Shown here in pieces: positions 61,584-64,000 of a stretch of DNA of 64,000 nucleotides (position 1 is its first letter; every line of letters begins with the position of its first letter). A model generated the notes under the pieces. The model worked only from the letters and a program-made list of their open reading frames with translations, did no database searches and had not been told where the DNA came from. Both the position numbers and the translations under genes were made by a program. The DNA comes from Spirochaetota bacterium (GTDB lineage Bacteria > Spirochaetota > UBA4802 > UBA5550), in NCBI GenBank assembly GCA_963663865.1, contig OY760686.1:1632001-1696000 (forward strand), read 5' to 3'.

Positions 61584-61821
61584 AGACGTAAGAGCTCACA
61601 GGGTTTGGTTCGATAATGATAATATCTGGATATTGTTTACGGATGGACGTCAACTTGCTGTGCCTTACGCATATTTCCCTCGTCTGCAAAAAGCTACGCC
61701 TGATCAAAGAGAAAAGTTTCAAATGAGTGGCGGAGGCCTCGGGCTTCATTGGGAGGAGTTGGATGAGGATATCAGTGTTCCTCATTTGCTTCTTGGTTCA
61801 TCAATGAAAATTGCTGTATAA
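61567..61821 (+). CDS. DUF2442 family protein (putative antitoxin)
   Basis: DGR.L.VP...FPRL..AT..QR, G.GLHW..LDEDIS. Confidence 0.88.
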   Translation: MNSSIEDVRAHRVWFDNDNIWILFTDGRQLAVPYAYFPRLQKATPDQREKFQMSGGGLGLHWEELDEDISVPHLLLGSSMKIAV

Positions 61822-61824
61822 ATA

Positions 61825-62530
61825 TTTTGGGCAGGGAGCCTGCCGTCTTTTTTCACGCTGGGAGCGTGAGACCTTTTTCTTCGCCACTTATGTCCGGGCG
61901 GAAGTGGTCGACGGCTTTTTCTACCTCCTGTAGGCCGTCGACACTTAAGCATCCAGCTTTTCGGCCAATATCTTTTAGGCGCCGGAAAGGCTGAATTGCC
62001 GCAGGCTTTAACTCGCTCAGCTGCGCGACACGCTTTTCTCCTGGCAGGGGGCCTGCCGGCCATTTTCACGTTGAGAGCGTGGTACCTCTTTTGCCGCTTT
62101 TTGACCGGACAAAAAGCGGTGGGAAAAAGCCGTTCCTCAGGCGCCGGAAGGGCTTGGCTGTAGCTGTTACCAAACTATTCCAACGCCGTTATCATCATCC
62201 TGATGAAACGACGCCCGGGCGATTTGCATCCATGCAAATCGCACTGGTTGAGGTGTTGAAGCAGGGGGCCTGCAGTCTTTTAATTCCGCCATTATGTTCC
62301 TGGCAGCCGATGGCATTTTCGCCGTCCTGGCGGCCATCGGCACTAAAACATCCTGTTTGTCGGACTCCTCGCAGTCGGCCGCGGGGAAAAGCGCTGCGTT
62401 TGTTTGAGCACCAGGTAGAGCCGCCCAATTTGGGCGGCTCTACCTCACCGTGACACGCAGCGCCCCACATCTGACAAGATGAGGAGGGAAGCCGATTTTT
62501 CGCGGCTTGTGCGTAGTTACAGGCACAAAA
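61825..62530 (+). repeat. Composite hairpin repeat element, copy C
   Basis: Modules at 61830 and 62043, core 62175-62264, REP palindrome 62414-62444. Confidence 0.85.
62414..62444. repeat. GTAG-type REP palindrome, copy 2
   Basis: Identical 31-mer to 61091-61121, followed by TCAYCGTGACAC in both copies. Confidence 0.85.
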
Positions 62531-62639
62531 AAGAGTGTAGATTTATAATAAAATTATATAATAGTAGCAAATTCCAATGAGGCTGTTATATAGAGTCTAA
62601 TAGGTCTTGTGTTAAATATAAAGATTGAGGAGTATTCTT

Positions 62640-64000
62640 ATGAAATGGTCTCATCGGGTCTCATCGGGTCTCATCGGGTCTCATTGTATTGGTTTTGTTT
62701 TCTGTTATTGGTTTGTTTTCATGTAGTAATGGAGATGTCGATTTAAAGAATGAACATACAGATGTTACTGCACTTTTAACTGAAAAAGAGATAAAGGCAT
62801 TAAGCCTTCTTCAGGAAACACATTCTGTATCGGATGAGGCTGCGATGTCTGAGGTCGAAAGTGTTATGGAGTTGCTCAACAACGATGACATTAAACGCAG
62901 CGGAGAGATTAAGGACCGCAGGCTAAGCTCGGTCAAGAAAGAATACGTAAAGCCTTCAAAGAATTTTATTTCCAGAGAATTAGTATTAAAAAAAATGCGG
63001 GAATATAAAAATAATAGACTGCATTATCGGTCAAACGAAGAATCTGAAATAGACGAATCTGAGAAGGAGAACACGGAAGCAGAAGATGTACCGCTTTATG
63101 TTTTTAATTTTTCTGACTCTGAAGGCGTGGATGCCGGCTTTGCTATTGTAAGCGGAGATGACCGTACAGACAGTGTTCTTGCTGTTGTTTCTGACGGCAG
63201 ATTGAACTCTGAGAATGATAATCCAGGACTTGCCGTATTCGTGACCCGTATTCCGGATTATATAGACAGTAAAATAGAAGAATACAACAGCATTGATGTA
63301 GCTGATCTGGAATCTGCTCTTGAAAAAATAGAAGACAGTGCCGGCAGTAATTATTCAGAATCGGATTTACCGGAAGCTCTTTCTGGAGAGATTATCACCC
63401 GGGGTAGTTCGACAACAACAACATTTTATGGTGCGTAGACAAAAAATACAGTATACGGCCCGCTTATGGCAACCAAGTGGCATCAATTTTCACCTTATAA
63501 TAATCTGATTGGATATAATACGATTTGTTCAAACAATCCGAATGGGAAACCGGTGGCCGGTTGTGTGGCAATAGCGATTGGTCAGGTTATGGCATATCAC
63601 AAATACCCGGCTGCCTTTGGAGGCGTAACTTATAACTGGTCAAAAATGATAAACCCGTCTGATTCAGCATCAAGGAACATGGCAGCTTCTTTGATTGCAT
63701 CAATAGGCAGGCTTGTTGATATGGACTATGGATGTGATGGCAGCGAGGCATACAGTTCTGAGACAGACGACTGCTTTGACGATATGGGATACAGTACTCC
63801 AAGTAAGTATCAGGATTACAACCTTAATAAAGTGATATCATCTATAGCCAATAGAAAACCGGTTTGTACAGATGGTTATGCTATAAAGGTTAAAGAAAAG
63901 GTATTAGGTTTTACATATAACACATATTACAAAAAAGGACATGCGTGGGTAATTGATGGTTATACGAAGAGGAGCCGTCCAGTAACTCGTTATGTGAGAA
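62640..64000 (+). pseudogene. Peptidase C10 (streptopain-like) lipoprotein with I69-like prodomain; frameshifted at the repeat, in-frame TAG at 63436; runs off window
   Basis: LYVFNF...GFAIVSGDDR prodomain; after the TAG the same frame gives GPLMATKWHQFSPYN, AGCVAIAIGQVM (Cys), GHAWVIDGY (His). Confidence 0.85.
62647..62686 (+). repeat. 10-bp tandem repeat (GGTCTCATCG x3 plus GGTCTCATTG) in a signal-peptide coding region
   Basis: Read directly from the sequence. Confidence 0.95.

Noticed and set aside
57264-62470. ORFs overlapping the repeat elements (57264..57806, 57522..57857, 60515..60807, 61782..62069, 62079..62470)
   Set aside because: Translations of palindromic repeats on both strands with no RBS or protein-like composition; their mutual similarity only reflects the DNA repeat
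63436-63438. Genome-wide TAG recoding or pyrrolysine
   Set aside because: TAG terminates normal full-length genes in this window and no pyl genes are seen; kept only as a local anomaly

Overview
Bacterial chromosomal window, tentatively from a free-living anaerobic spirochaete (GAF-GGDEF DgcA-type cyclase, many lipoproteins, rplU-prp-rpmA-obg-proB order; the taxon is inference only). About 1-50 kb is mostly core or metabolic: cstA (partial), a zur-znuABC operon with a perfect operator, panE, an acyl-CoA ligase, an esterase-CBM32x2 lipoprotein, eno-ftsB-DUF501, hisBHA, tRNA-Ile2, rplU-prp-rpmA-obgE-proB, clostripain, proS, rpmB, glnS, thiL, gltX, a TPP riboswitch with thi4-thiE, cobB-mutL-coaC-coaB. 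From about 50 kb the window is accessory. It holds an AT-richer restriction-modification-like cassette interrupted by a Fic gene that left a duplicated helicase 5' end. Next come small gene modules (MEMO/AmrB, gpx-ohrR, HTH plus hydrolase, DUF4160/DUF2442 TA pair) separated by three co-oriented, modular, hairpin-rich non-coding elements of 500-750 bp with compensatory base changes and GTAG-type REP palindromes. The window ends in a streptopain-like C10 protease gene broken by a 10-bp tandem-repeat frameshift and an in-frame TAG. The repeat-delimited region is the best candidate for an undescribed system. All calls come from reading motifs by eye; no searches were run.
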